Source: an uncultured cyanobacterium (GTDB lineage Bacteria > Cyanobacteriota > Cyanobacteriia > CAKZMO01). Taken from it: a stretch of DNA of 64,000 nucleotides. Within the stretch, counting starts at the first letter, position 1; each line of letters begins with the position of its first letter. The position numbers and the translations under genes are program-made. This document shows positions 1-10,651 of the stretch, piece after piece. The notes under the pieces were generated by a model. It had not been told where the DNA came from, searched no databases, and saw nothing but the letters and a program-made list of their open reading frames with translations. The DNA is taken from contig CAVRCJ010000014.1 in assembly GCA_963719515.1 (NCBI GenBank), positions 160,001-224,000 on the forward strand, written 5' to 3'.

Positions 1-1515
1 CGGGACAGTGACGCTAGCGATGCCCAGCTCAGCGCGCGCCTGTCCCGCCTCGACCGCACCTATTTTGATCGGGTGCTGACCCAGCGCAAAGACGTGACTG
101 AAACCGAAATCGGCTTCATTGTCATGCAGCTGGAAAAGGCCCGCAACGAGGTGCTGGAAGAAGCGGCCAATACCCAAAAAGCAGTTCAGTCCAAGGCCAC
201 GGACCAATGGGACCGCATCAAGGCGTTTCTCAGGGAGACAGATCGCCACGAGCTAAACCCCGATGCCTTAGAGCGGGAGCTGTCTGTCCTGCTGGATGAC
301 CCTCAGGCTGGACTGGCCGCCCTGAAGACGCGGGCGTCTCAGTTCAATCGAGATACCCTGGTGCAGGTGCTCAACCAGCGCCAAGACTTGAGCGAAGATG
401 AGATCAACCTCACAATTGACCAGGTAGAGCGCCGCTGGCAGCGGATTCGCTACGCGCCTAAGCAGCTGATGGGAGAGGCCCAAGCTCAGTATGACCAGGC
501 AATGTCGGCATTGACCGACTACCTGCGACGCACCGATCGCGACGAGCTCAACCCTAAGGGCATTCGCCAGGATCTACAGCTGCTATTTGACAACCCTGAA
601 CTGGGGCTGAAAGCCTTCCGGGCAAGGCTGTCTGAGGTGGATCGCGGCACGCTGGTGGCGCTGCTGGCCCAGCGCAAAGACCTCAGTGAGGCTGAAGCTA
701 ACCGGATTATCAACGATGTCACCGTGACCCTACGGGATATTGCCCGCGCCCCGCGCCGGATAGCCCGCCGCACCCAGCTCCAGGTGCAGGACTTTCAGAC
801 GACGGTGGAAGAGTACCTGCGCTCCACCCAAAAAGAGGAGCTTAACCCAGAGGGCATTAAGCGCGACGTGACGCTGCTGCTCAATGAGCCCCAAGCCGGA
901 ATGAGTAGCCTTGGCGATCGCCTGGCCCATTTTGATCGCACCACCGTGGCGGCCCTACTGGCCCAGCGGGAGGATATGACCCGCGAGGAAGCTGACCAGG
1001 TGGTCGACCAGGTGATGTCGGTGAAAGACGAGCTGGCCTACCAGGTGCAGCTGATCCAAGAGCGCATCGGCTCTATGGTGAACCGACTGCTGGCTCAGGT
1101 GCGCAGCTACCTCGACTCCCTGGATCGTCCAGAGCTGGAGTACGACGGGGTGAAGCGCGACGTGCGGACCCTGTTCGATGACCCTAACGCTGGCTTTGAC
1201 GCTCTAAGGGCGCGGCTAGGTCGGTTCAATCGTGACACCCTGGTGGCGATCGCCAGCTCTAACGATCGCATCTCGGAGGCGGACGCTAACCGGGTAATCG
1301 ATCAGGTAGAGCGCGCGCGCAACAGCGTTCTGCAGCAGGCAGAATACGTGCAGCGGGAAGCCCAGCTCAAGCTAGAGCAGGTGAAGCGGCGGGCGGCCTA
1401 CCAAGCGGAGGAAACCCGTAAGGCAGCAGCGGCGGCTTCCTGGTGGCTGTTTTTGACGGGGCTGCTGTCGGCGATCGCGTCGGCCTGTGCTGGAGCGCTG
1501 GGCGTAATGAGCTGA
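1..1515 (+). CDS. Repeat-containing helical membrane-anchored protein, 5'-partial (frame open from position 1)
   Basis: No stop in this frame from base 1. At least four ~98-aa repeats of the form ELNPxGIxRDxxxLFDDPxAG...L..FDRxTLVALLAQRxD.SE.EA..IIDQV; hydrophobic C-terminal helix (AAASWWLFLTGLLSAIASACAG). Confidence 0.8.
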   Translation, partial: RDSDASDAQLSARLSRLDRTYFDRVLTQRKDVTETEIGFIVMQLEKARNEVLEEAANTQKAVQSKATDQWDRIKAFLRETDRHELNPDALERELSVLLDDPQAGLAALKTRASQFNRDTLVQVLNQRQDLSEDEINLTIDQVERRWQRIRYAPKQLMGEAQAQYDQAMSALTDYLRRTDRDELNPKGIRQDLQLLFDNPELGLKAFRARLSEVDRGTLVALLAQRKDLSEAEANRIINDVTVTLRDIARAPRRIARRTQLQVQDFQTTVEEYLRSTQKEELNPEGIKRDVTLLLNEPQAGMSSLGDRLAHFDRTTVAALLAQREDMTREEADQVVDQVMSVKDELAYQVQLIQERIGSMVNRLLAQVRSYLDSLDRPELEYDGVKRDVRTLFDDPNAGFDALRARLGRFNRDTLVAIASSNDRISEADANRVIDQVERARNSVLQQAEYVQREAQLKLEQVKRRAAYQAEETRKAAAAASWWLFLTGLLSAIASACAGALGVMS

Positions 1516-1647
1516 GCGCAACCAGCTAGGGGCAGTTATCACAATCAGCTAGGCGCAGTTCACTGATGGTCTGAGTTTCACCGATATAAATCGGTGAAAC
1601 CCTAGGGCCGACGTGACTGCGCCTTTGTCGTGACTACGCCTTTTTAT

Positions 1648-2061
1648 AGAAGTCGCCGTAAAACCCATCCGCTTTAGCGGTGGGATATAAGGCGGTGAGC
1701 GTAGCAAACATATGCAAAACCCTTGCTGTGACTGGGATTTGCTATAATAAAGGCGGTCAATGACCCACCCGAGACGCAGACGTAACAGACAGCCTAACGT
1801 GACGAAATCGGCAATCAGCTGATGGCGCGGAAAGCTCGGTAGACCGGGAAAAGAGGATAGGGCAACGGAAACGACCCTAGAATCAACAATCGACATAGAA
1901 TTCCTTGAATTCAACAAAGAAGAACCGCAGGGCTTGCGGGGATAGTCTGTGGAGCGATCGTAAGACCGGAAAGGTTTAGGCCTCGAAGGCAGATGCTATG
2001 AAGCAGAAACCTCCTCGGGTGACCGGGGAATCCCACGTGCTTTAGCCGTGGGAGTAGTCAA
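1648..2061 (+). mobile_element. Non-autonomous IS200/IS605-family derivative (MITE/PATE-like), no protein gene
   Basis: Left-end hairpin CCCATCCGCTTTAGCGGTGGG (1664-1684) after a T-rich flank ending TTTAT; right-end hairpin TCCCACGTGCTTTAGCCGTGGGA (2031-2053) ending in TCAA (2058-2061); the 3' part resembles tnpB 3' ends. Left boundary is approximate. Confidence 0.75.
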
Positions 2062-2074
2062 TAGCACTGTACCT

Positions 2075-4625
2075 CTACGTTAAAATCGTCCCGCCCATCA
2101 GCCGCCGGTAGCGATGCGCGAGCTCTCCCTTTAGCAGCGGATACCGCTCTAACGTCGGGTCTTCTTCCATAATCGCCTCCGCCGCCTCCCGCGCCAGAGA
2201 GAGGACATCTTGGTCGTTGATTAGGCTCGCTAACGCGAAATCCGGCAGCCCTGACTGCCGACGTCCCAGCACTTCTCCAGGCCCCCGAAACCGCAGATCC
2301 ATTTCCGCAATAAAAAAGCCATCCTGCGACTGCTCCAGCACCTTGAGCCGCTGAATCGCCACCTCCGCCTTTGACGCCGTCATCAGTAAACAAAACGATT
2401 GGTCGCTGCCCCGCCCCACCCGGCCCCGAAGCTGGTGCAGCTGCGATAGTCCGAAGCGCTCAGCGTGCTCAATCAGCATAATGGAGGCATTGGGCACGTC
2501 CACCCCCACCTCTACCACCGTCGTGGACACCAAAATCTGCGTCTCGTTCTTACGAAACTGCTGAATCACCTCGTCTTTCTCTTGGGAGGACAGCCGCCCG
2601 TGCAGCAGCCCCACCGCGAACTCGGGAAACAGCTCCCGTAGGTGCTGGTGCTCGTCTACCGCAGACTTCAGGTCCAGCTTCTCCGACTCTTCTACCAGAG
2701 GCAGCACGACATACACCTGCCGTCCCTGGGCGATCTCCCGCCGCATCAGGTCATAGGCGTGGGGGCGATCGCGTCCGCGCAGCAAGTTAGTCTGGATTGG
2801 CTTTCGCCCCGGCGGCAGCTCGTCGATTTGGCTCACGTCAAGGTCACCATGCAGCGTTAGCGCCAGGGTCCGGGGGATGGGGGTGGCGGTCATGGTAAGC
2901 ACGTGGGGGTTGTCTCCCTTTTGCTGGAGCTTGGCCCGCTGCGCCACGCCAAAGCGATGCTGCTCATCGATCACCACCAGGCCCAGCCGCTGAAACTGTA
3001 CGGGATCTTCGATCAGGGCGTGGGTGCCCACCAGCAGGGGCAGCTCTCCCGTCTTTAGCTGACTATGAATTTCTCGCCGCTTGGCCGCCCGCGTTGAGCC
3101 CGTCAGCAGCTCCACAGGCAGATGCATACTGTTAAACCACTCCACCAGCTTGCGGTAGTGCTGCTCAGCCAGCACCTCCGTTGGGGCCATAAACGCCGCC
3201 TGATATTGCGACTGAATCGCCGCCAAAATCGCCGCGATCGCCACTACGGTTTTTCCTGAGCCCACGTCCCCCTGCACCAGGCGATTCATGGGCACATTTT
3301 GCTGCAGGTCATTCAAGATTTCCTGCACCACCCGCTCCTGCGCTCCGGTAAAGCTAAAGGGGAGAACGTCGTAGAACTGGTCTAGAAGCGAGCCCGCCGT
3401 GGTGAGCACCGCTGTCGTCTCTACGGTTTGCTCGCGGCGGCGGTGCAGCAGCCCCAGCTGTAGGTAAAAGAATTCGTCGAATACTAGGCGACGGCGGGCC
3501 TGCTGGAGCACCTCGTCGTCGGGGGAAAGTGAATGTGGGCGATCGCCACAGCCAGGGGTGCTAGCTCTTGGGCTTGCCGCACCGACTCAGGCAGGGCGTC
3601 CTGCAAATGCACTGCTGCGGGAAGGGCTGCCACCACCGCCTTGCGCACCAGGTCCGCCCCTACCCCTTCCGTCAGAGGGTAGAGCGGCACCACTCGACCG
3701 ACTTTGAGAGAGTCGATGGAGCTATCGGCGTGGTCGATGACCTCGATTTGGGGGTCATCCAAAGTGAGGCCATATTTGTTCTCCTTCACAAGACCAGAAG
3801 CCGCCACCGTCGCCCCTGAAGGGTACAGGCGCTTTTGCTGCTCTTGCCAGCCGCGATTGCTGTAGCGCTTGCCCGCAAAGAAGCGACCTAGCTTAAGGGT
3901 GCCGGAGCGATCGCGAATGCGAATCTCCATAATCGTCAGCTTGGGGTTGCGGGGGCTATTAAAGCAGGTGCAGCGGGTGACGGTGCCGACTACGGTGACG
4001 GTCTCCCCGGCGACCAAGTCGCGAATCGCCACCTGACGGGCGTAGTTGATGTAGTCGCGGGGGTAGTGAAACAGCAGGTCGCGGATGGTAAATAGCCCCA
4101 GCTTCCCCAGCCGCTCGCTGTTCTTGGGGCCAATGCCCGGCAGGTAAGTCACCGCTTGGTCGAGGGTGAGCGTTGTGTTCCGGTGGCGGTGGTCAATGGG
4201 GGTTGTGCGAGGGGCGGGGGTCGACGGGCGCTTAGCGCGCGGCTGGGCGCTGAGCGGCTACTGCCGCCTAGTCTTCGACATAGGCCTGCTGGCGAAGCCG
4301 TAGCGCTTGAGGCGGCGGCGGGAGATCGTCGGGCTTCCGGCGGCCGCGCTTCTAGTGAACGCTTCGCCTCATGGAGGAGTCGCCGCGTCTCGGCGACCAA
4401 ATGCTGACGCTGGGCGAAAGACAGTTCAGAATAGTTAGTGAACCGCTGGGAGAGCCCCTGCCATCGGGATTGGTCGCTGGCCGCGAGCTTAGCGGGCGGC
4501 TGGGCCAGCTGCTGACTAAGGAATTCGCTAAAGCAACAGTGACGACCTACCAGGTCGTTAAACCCCTGCTCTGCTTCAATCGACAGTGCTTTTTGCACCC
4601 GCTGCCAGTCCATCGGCGTCGTCAT
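2075..4625 (-). CDS. recG: ATP-dependent DNA helicase RecG, split into three ORFs by two frameshifts (probably sequencing errors)
   Basis: Motifs QGDVGSGKT, DEQH, TATPIPRT, QLRGRVGRG and RGPGE; wedge/OB domain in 3484-4152; cyanobacterial N-terminal extension in 4149-4625. Adding one C to the run at 3521-3525 restores HFPPDDEVLQQARRRLVFDE. Confidence 0.9.
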
Positions 4626-4691
4626 AGCTTCGGTGTTAGCGCCGGATGTCAGCGCGTAATGTTCACACTTGTTGGCGCTCGAAACAGCCGC

Positions 4692-6035
4692 TCAGGACGG
4701 CTCATACCAGGTTGCTCGCCAGGCGGATTCAGCCTCGACGGTGGTCCATTCTCTTTGATACTTCTCGTACTTTCGGTTGAGCTTACGCGCTTGTCCATAC
4801 AGGTCTCTCAGCTGCGATCGCCTAGCCGACAGATGAGTGTCATTAAATTCTATCTCTGACACCTGTAGCCGAATTGCCATCACGGGAGAAACCTCATCAT
4901 CGTCTTCGTCACCCTGCACCAGCAGGCTCAGGACGTTGGGCGGCCCTTCAATCACCTCCGCTGCTCCTGACTTAATAACGGCCTCAAGCACCGCTTCCGG
5001 CAGGTCTTTGGGAACAATGCCGACCTCGCGCAGATGATCATTGATATCGTCCGCAAGCTGATCTATGACCAGAGTTACACCGGTCTCAAGCTGCTCCTGT
5101 CGAGACACCAGGGCGCTGGGCGCTGTAGGCAATTTCGCAGACTCAAGAGGCTCATCGATGGCGGCGATCGCCTCTGTCTCTTGAGACTCTGTCTCTTGAG
5201 GCTCTATCTCTTGAGGCTCTATCTTTTGAAGCTCTATCTCTTGAGGCTCTGCCGCCTGAGTCTCTGCCGCCTGAGTCTCTGCTTCTGGAGTCCTTGCTTC
5301 TTGACGCTCTGCAGCCTCGGGGAAGGGAGCGGCTGGGGGGCCGGCAGCTTGACCACTATCGCCCGCTAATTCGACTCCCTGGGGTTCGGCACTTCGGGAT
5401 TCAAGCTCTTGAGATTCGGTATCTGGGGGGTCAACGTCCCGAGGCTCGCTCGTCTGCGCTTCAACGTCTTGGCTTTGGCCGGGGTCTAAGGTTTTTTGGT
5501 CTTCTGCCGGCTGCGATTCCGCTGGCGGCTGCTCTACCGATTGCTCGGTCTCTGACGTCTGGGCGTCTGGCGTTTGGGACTCTGGCGTCTCGGTATCTGA
5601 CACTCCGGCAGCGCGAATGGTCAGATTTAGGTCTAGCCCAGACTGAATGGATTCTCTTGGCTGCAGAATCACTGGCCTCGGCGCTCCCTGAGGGACTTCC
5701 GCAGCGACATCTTCAGACAGCTGAAGCGCTTTGAGGCGCTGCTGGCGCGCTGCCTTTAGCAGCAGGTCAGGATCAACAAGCTGAGCGCAACTTTGGGCGA
5801 TCGCCCCCTGAATCTGCTGCTGCGTCTGCTGTCGCTGACCAGAAGTGAGTTTTAAGAATTGGTTGGGATAGCCCTTGGTGCAGAGGCTGTAGCAGGCAGA
5901 AATGACCTGACGACGCAGGGATTGAATAAGGGCAGCGAGATAGTCTCGGTACGCCTTATCGAGTTCCTCAGCGAGCTGCCTCGTGGCTTGCTCGATCGCC
6001 GTCAGGTCTTGCTTGAGCTTTTTGGCATCAGCCAT
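4692..6035 (-). CDS. Hypothetical protein with helical ends and an acidic low-complexity middle
   Basis: 447-aa ORF in the rpsB-tsf-X-recG string; helical N- and C-terminal parts flank an E/Q/P-rich insert. Confidence 0.8.
   Translation of the reverse strand: MADAKKLKQDLTAIEQATRQLAEELDKAYRDYLAALIQSLRRQVISACYSLCTKGYPNQFLKLTSGQRQQTQQQIQGAIAQSCAQLVDPDLLLKAARQQRLKALQLSEDVAAEVPQGAPRPVILQPRESIQSGLDLNLTIRAAGVSDTETPESQTPDAQTSETEQSVEQPPAESQPAEDQKTLDPGQSQDVEAQTSEPRDVDPPDTESQELESRSAEPQGVELAGDSGQAAGPPAAPFPEAAERQEARTPEAETQAAETQAAEPQEIELQKIEPQEIEPQETESQETEAIAAIDEPLESAKLPTAPSALVSRQEQLETGVTLVIDQLADDINDHLREVGIVPKDLPEAVLEAVIKSGAAEVIEGPPNVLSLLVQGDEDDDEVSPVMAIRLQVSEIEFNDTHLSARRSQLRDLYGQARKLNRKYEKYQREWTTVEAESAWRATWYEPS
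5172..5291. repeat. 15-bp tandem repeat, ~8 units, in frame (EPQEI / AAETQ)
   Basis: Units such as CTCTATCTCTTGAGG and CTCTGCCGCCTGAGT start at 5172, 5187, 5202, 5217, 5232, 5247, 5262 and 5277. Confidence 0.9.
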
Positions 6036-6050
6036 AATCGGCCAAATGTA

Positions 6051-6839
6051 CTATTTCTTGCCCGGTTTCTTCTTGCCGGTGGTCTTTTTGTCAGTGGCCT
6101 TCTTGGCGGTTTTTTCGGACGTCTCCTTCTGGCTGGCTTCCGCCTCAGCCGCAGGCGCTTCAGCTGTCGCTGTGCTCTCGTCCTTTTGTCCTGTCTGAGC
6201 CGCTACTTCAGCCGCGAAATCCGTCTCTTCTTTATCAATACCTTCACCTAAGACAAAGCGAGAAAAGCGACGAACCGCCACTTTCTCCCCAATCTCGCCG
6301 GAGGTCTTCTTGACCAGCTCATCCACGGTAATGCTTTGATCGCGAATATAGGGCTGGTCGAGCAGGGCGAGCTCTTTTACGCGCTTGTCAATGCGGCCTT
6401 GCACAATCTTCTCGCGGATATCGTGGGGCTTATTCGCCAAGTCATCGCGGCCCATCTCGATCTCTTTTTCTTTCGAGACGATAGCCTTAGGAATGTCGTC
6501 AGTGCTGACGTATTCCACGTTGGGGCAGGCCGCAATTTGCATTGCAATATTTTTGACCAGATCTTGAAAACGCTCGTTGCGAGCAACGAAGTCAGTCTGG
6601 CAGTTGACCTCAACTAAAACGCCTACGCGCCCACCGGTGTGAATATAGCTCCCTACCAGCCCTTCAGCGGCAATCTTGCCCGACTTCTTTTCGGCAGAGG
6701 AGATACCTTTCTGGCGCAGCCACTCAGAGGCCTTTTCCATATTCCCATCGGTTTCCTTCAGGGCTTTTTTGCAATCCATCATCGGTGCGCCGGTTGTATC
6801 GCGCAGCTCTTTAACCAGTTTTGCCGATATATCAGCCAT
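6051..6839 (-). CDS. tsf: Translation elongation factor Ts
   Basis: [24 protein letters not shown] and [10 protein letters not shown] motifs; downstream of rpsB. Confidence 0.98.
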   Translation of the reverse strand: MADISAKLVKELRDTTGAPMMDCKKALKETDGNMEKASEWLRQKGISSAEKKSGKIAAEGLVGSYIHTGGRVGVLVEVNCQTDFVARNERFQDLVKNIAMQIAACPNVEYVSTDDIPKAIVSKEKEIEMGRDDLANKPHDIREKIVQGRIDKRVKELALLDQPYIRDQSITVDELVKKTSGEIGEKVAVRRFSRFVLGEGIDKEETDFAAEVAAQTGQKDESTATAEAPAAEAEASQKETSEKTAKKATDKKTTGKKKPGKK

Positions 6840-7087
6840 GATGCTTCAGTCCTATTTATGCTCTGTCTATGCTACTGGGTTGTCCATTCGAACGGGCAAA
6901 ACCAGGACGCCGCTCAGCCGAGCTGACTGCGGCTCCGGGCTCCGCCGTGGCCTAACTTGGCAAGAAGTGTTGAAAATAAACTCCTCTAAAGTCATCTTCA
7001 CGAGGGACTCTAAAAGAGTAGCAGCGCAGGGGTATCTGAGAGTAGCGGCGCGGGGGCGATCGCGATCGCCCCCCTGATATAGGTGAG

Positions 7088-7906
7088 CTAGCTCGCAGCT
7101 TCGCTCGCAGCCTCGCTCGCGGCTGCTTCTTCTACCACAGGAGCGGCCTCTTCGTACTCCTCTGCTCCGCTGTCGTAGTCCTCGTAATCCTGGTAGATGT
7201 CGTTGTCGTCCTCGGCTTCAAGCTGGCCGTGACGTCCTTCATAGATGGCGTCCGCCAAGCGACCCACAATCAGCTTGATCGAGCGAATAGCGTCATCGTT
7301 AGCCGGAATGGGAATATCTACCACATCCGGGTCGCAGTTGGTGTCGAGCAGCGCCACGATGGGAATATCGAGCTTAGTGCATTCCTGCACCGCGTTGTAC
7401 TCTCGCCGCTGATCGACGATAACGACGATATCGGGCACCTGACGCATATGCTTGATGCCACCCAGGTACTTCTGCAGCTTTTCTAGCTCCCGGCGCAGCA
7501 TCGAAGCCTCTTTTTTAGGCAACAGATCCAGCACGCCGGTCTCTTCGCGGCGCTCTAGCTCCTTGAGACGCTCGACGCGGGTTTTGATCGTGGCCCAGTT
7601 GGTCAGCATGCCGCCGAGCCAGCGCTGGTTGACGAAGTAGGCTCCACAGCGAGCGGCCTCTTGGGCAATGATGCCGGCGGCCTGACGTTTGGTACCGACA
7701 AACAGCACCTTTTTACCCTGCTCGGTGGCTTCCCGCATGTAGGTGTAAGCGCCTTCCATGAGCTGGGCAGTCTGCACCAGGTCAATGATATGGACTCCAT
7801 TACGGGAGGTATAGATGTAGGGGTCCATTTTGGGGTTCCAGCGCCGGGTCTGGTGACCAAAGTGAACGCCGGATTCTAGCAGTTGAGCGAGTGAAACAAC
7901 GGGCAT
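7088..7906 (-). CDS. rpsB: 30S ribosomal protein S2
   Basis: [24 protein letters not shown] and [11 protein letters not shown] motifs. Confidence 0.99.
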   Translation of the reverse strand: MPVVSLAQLLESGVHFGHQTRRWNPKMDPYIYTSRNGVHIIDLVQTAQLMEGAYTYMREATEQGKKVLFVGTKRQAAGIIAQEAARCGAYFVNQRWLGGMLTNWATIKTRVERLKELERREETGVLDLLPKKEASMLRRELEKLQKYLGGIKHMRQVPDIVVIVDQRREYNAVQECTKLDIPIVALLDTNCDPDVVDIPIPANDDAIRSIKLIVGRLADAIYEGRHGQLEAEDDNDIYQDYEDYDSGAEEYEEAAPVVEEAAASEAASEAAS

Positions 7907-8106
7907 TTAAGGTATTAACTCCTTCTCGGGTTTAGCTTGCACGTCAGGCGCATCTTGAAAGTAGTTCGGCACGGGGCCTACAGCGCTAAAGCGATCGCCC
8001 CGGTCCATGCCTCGCGGTCCATTGACCCTTCAGCTGGATAATTTTGCCGACCAAGACACCCGAATTCCTGAGTGCGCGATTTTTTGACAACTTTTCTAGG
8101 ATAGCA
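7907..8106 (-). promoter_or_regulatory. rpsB promoter and structured 5' leader (S2 autoregulatory leader-like)
   Basis: On the minus strand: extended -10 TGcTATCCT (8098-8106); GCACTCAGG pairs with CCTGACGTGC and TTCGGGT with ACCCGAG just before the SD AAGGAG. Confidence 0.6.
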
Positions 8107-8149
8107 TTTTCATGAAGCTGCATACTGACATCTTAAGGGAAACGCTGCG

Positions 8150-8644
8150 ATGGAAATTCGCGTTGATGATTTGCAAGGGCCTGAAATCGCTAGTTTGCTG
8201 CAAGAGCACCTGCGGGATGCGGCCCAACATTCTCCCCCTGAAAGCGTACATGCTCTAGATATTGAGTCGCTGCGCTCGCCCAACATCACCGTTTGGAGCC
8301 TGTGGCAAGGCGGTGAGCTGTTGGGCTGTGGTGCGCTGAAGGAGCTAGATCCCTCCCACGGAGAGATTAAATCGATGCGAACGGCGCTGCCACACCGGAG
8401 GAAAGGGGTCGCTGCGCAGATGCTGCGCCACATCATGCAGGAGGCAAGCCGGCGCTCATATCGGCGGCTTAGCCTCGAAACTGGCTCTATGGAGGCGTTT
8501 GCCCCCGCCCGAGCCCTCTACGCTCGCCTTGGCTTTCGGCCATGTGGCCCCTTTGCCGACTACGAAGAAGACCCCTACAGCCTGTTTATGACCTACGAGC
8601 TGCCCCAGTTGGCGCGCGGGGAGGTGGGGGCAGCAGCGCCTTAG
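8150..8644 (+). CDS. GNAT family N-acetyltransferase
   Basis: GEIKSMRT...RRKGVA acetyl-CoA motif; LSLETGS...ARALYARLGF. Confidence 0.92.
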   Translation: MEIRVDDLQGPEIASLLQEHLRDAAQHSPPESVHALDIESLRSPNITVWSLWQGGELLGCGALKELDPSHGEIKSMRTALPHRRKGVAAQMLRHIMQEASRRSYRRLSLETGSMEAFAPARALYARLGFRPCGPFADYEEDPYSLFMTYELPQLARGEVGAAAP

Positions 8645-8761
8645 CGGCGGCGAGTCAGCAGGTGGCCTCGTAGCAAGAGCCGCCTCGCGGCGAGTCTCGA
8701 CGGCTGATAAACTTGTGGCTTGGCGTGAAAATGTTCTAGAGCTTGGAGAAACGTAGCCCCG

Positions 8762-9964
8762 ATGTCAGATTTTCAGTCCGTTAGCGCTGCCGTCGCCAAA
8801 CTCTACAATACCTATCCTTTTCCGCCAGACCCCATACTGGATGAACCTCCACCGGGCTACAACTGGCGCTGGAACTGGTTGGCGGCCCACAGCTTTTGTA
8901 CCGGGCGAAAACCAGCTCAGCAAGCTATTCAAATCTTGGATGCTGGGTGCGGCACCGGGGTGAGCACGGAGTATCTAGCGCACCTGAACCCAGAAGCGAC
9001 GGTGTTGGGCATTGACCTGAGCGCCGGGGCGCTAGCGGTGGCCAAGGAGCGGTGCCAGAAATCTGGAGCCCCTCAGGCCACGTTTCAGCAGCTGAGCTTG
9101 TTCGATGCGGACCAGCTCCCCGGAAACTTTGACTTGATCAACTGCGTTGGGGTCTTGCACCACACCCCAGACCCCATTCGGGGAATCCAAGCGTTGGCGT
9201 CTAAGCTCGCGCCGGGAGGCTTGCTGCATGTCTTTGTGTACAGCGAGCTAGGCCGCTGGGAAGTGAGGCTGATGCAGGAGGCGATCGCCTTACTTCAGGG
9301 GGATCAGCGCGGTGACTACAGCAACGGCGTCGCCATAGGACGGCAGCTGTTTTCTCACTTGCCAGAAGACAATTGCCTCCGCAAGCGGGAGCAAGAGCGC
9401 TGGTCTTGGGAAAACCAGCGGGACGAATGTTTTGCCGATATGTATGTCCATCCCCAGGAAATTGACTACAACATCCCGATGCTGTTCGAACTGATCGACG
9501 CTTCGGGCCTAGAGTTCATTGGGTTTTCAAATCCACAGCTGTGGGACGTCGCTCGGCTCGTTGGCAGCGTTCCCGACTTAGTAGGGCGGGCCGATGCCTT
9601 GAGCGATCGCCAGCGGTATCGCCTGGTGGAGCTGCTTGACCCGCAGGCCGTCACCCATTACGAGTTTTTCTTAGGAAAGCGCCCGCTCTACCAAGAGCGC
9701 TGGGCGTCAGACGACGACCTGCTAGCGGCAATCCCTGAACCCAGTCCCTGCATCCAGGGGTGGCAAGACAGCCCGCAGTTCTTCAACCCCGATTACCAGA
9801 TCGTTACCCTAAAAGATGAAGAGTGGCGGTTTTTGAAGGGCTGCAGCGGTAACCCGGACGAAGGAAAAACGGTCGGCCAGATTTTATCGGCAACGAAAGC
9901 CAGCCTCACAGAGGTGCGATCGCTGCAGCGACAGCAGGTTCTTTTGTTGACGCCTGCAGGATAG
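8762..9964 (+). CDS. Class I SAM-dependent methyltransferase
   Basis: ILDAGCGTG motif I; FDLINCVGVLHH. Confidence 0.9.
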   Translation: MSDFQSVSAAVAKLYNTYPFPPDPILDEPPPGYNWRWNWLAAHSFCTGRKPAQQAIQILDAGCGTGVSTEYLAHLNPEATVLGIDLSAGALAVAKERCQKSGAPQATFQQLSLFDADQLPGNFDLINCVGVLHHTPDPIRGIQALASKLAPGGLLHVFVYSELGRWEVRLMQEAIALLQGDQRGDYSNGVAIGRQLFSHLPEDNCLRKREQERWSWENQRDECFADMYVHPQEIDYNIPMLFELIDASGLEFIGFSNPQLWDVARLVGSVPDLVGRADALSDRQRYRLVELLDPQAVTHYEFFLGKRPLYQERWASDDDLLAAIPEPSPCIQGWQDSPQFFNPDYQIVTLKDEEWRFLKGCSGNPDEGKTVGQILSATKASLTEVRSLQRQQVLLLTPAG

Positions 9965-10001
9965 GTCTGAGTCAGGACACGGCAACCGGCCCGTCACAAA
10001 A

Positions 10002-10073
10002 AGCGGATGATGGGACTCGAACCCACGACATTCAGCTTGGGAAGCTGACGTTCTACCACTGAACTACATCCGC
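10002..10073 (-). tRNA. tRNA-Gly(CCC)
   Basis: Reverse complement GCGGATGTAGTTCAGTGGTAGAACGTCAGCTTCCCAAGCTGAATGTCGTGGGTTCGAGTCCCATCATCCGCT folds as a cloverleaf with anticodon CCC. Confidence 0.96.
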
Positions 10074-10651
10074 AAAAGGGCATTCGTATTCCCCACCTTA
10101 CCAAAACCATCAGCTCTGTATCGGTTTTAGTACACGAATCGACATGCGGGCCCTAGAACAATCCGCTTGCCAGAGCTGTCACAGTTAAATGCAACATCCT
10201 GACTTTTTGCCGTCATTTTAGCGTAGCGACAATAAAGGCTCACTAAAGGTTCACTTTTGTAACGCGGCGAAAATGTTTGACTATAGCGTCCGATTGCCGC
10301 TCTATAATTAGTTTAGGTGTGCAATAACAGGTGTGCCATGTAGACCGTGACCGCTCTACAGCGTTTACATGAGCTCCGCTTAGCTACATTGCGACAAACG
10401 GCAGATACTGTGACTTGTATTACTGCCATTGCAAAAGGAATAGGGTTAAGTTATGGGGAGAGCCGCGATCGCTATCTCAACAGCCGTGAGGTCGCATCAC
10501 TATCGGTTATCCACACACTTCTCAACAAGTCACTTCTCGACTGCTGTGCGACACTACAGCTAATAGACCTTCGACATCTGCTCCACAAGCTGAACTTTGT
10601 TGCCATAGCTATCAGATTTAATCTTTAGCAGCGCTCAGGCTGGCATCCTCA

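Noticed and set aside
1549..1917. 122-aa ORF overlapping the first element
   Set aside because: It runs antisense across the element boundary, has no transposase motifs, and is probably spurious.
3484..4625. Programmed frameshifting or a naturally split recG
   Set aside because: No canonical slippery heptamer with a stimulator; a single missing base in a homopolymer explains the 3523 shift, and similar errors occur elsewhere.
10002..10650. tRNA-Gly as an island integration site, and ORF 10347-10628
   Set aside because: No integrase and no duplicated tRNA 3' end seen, and the flanks are ordinary genes. The ORF has no recognisable motif and probably covers the promoter/UTR of the HD gene.
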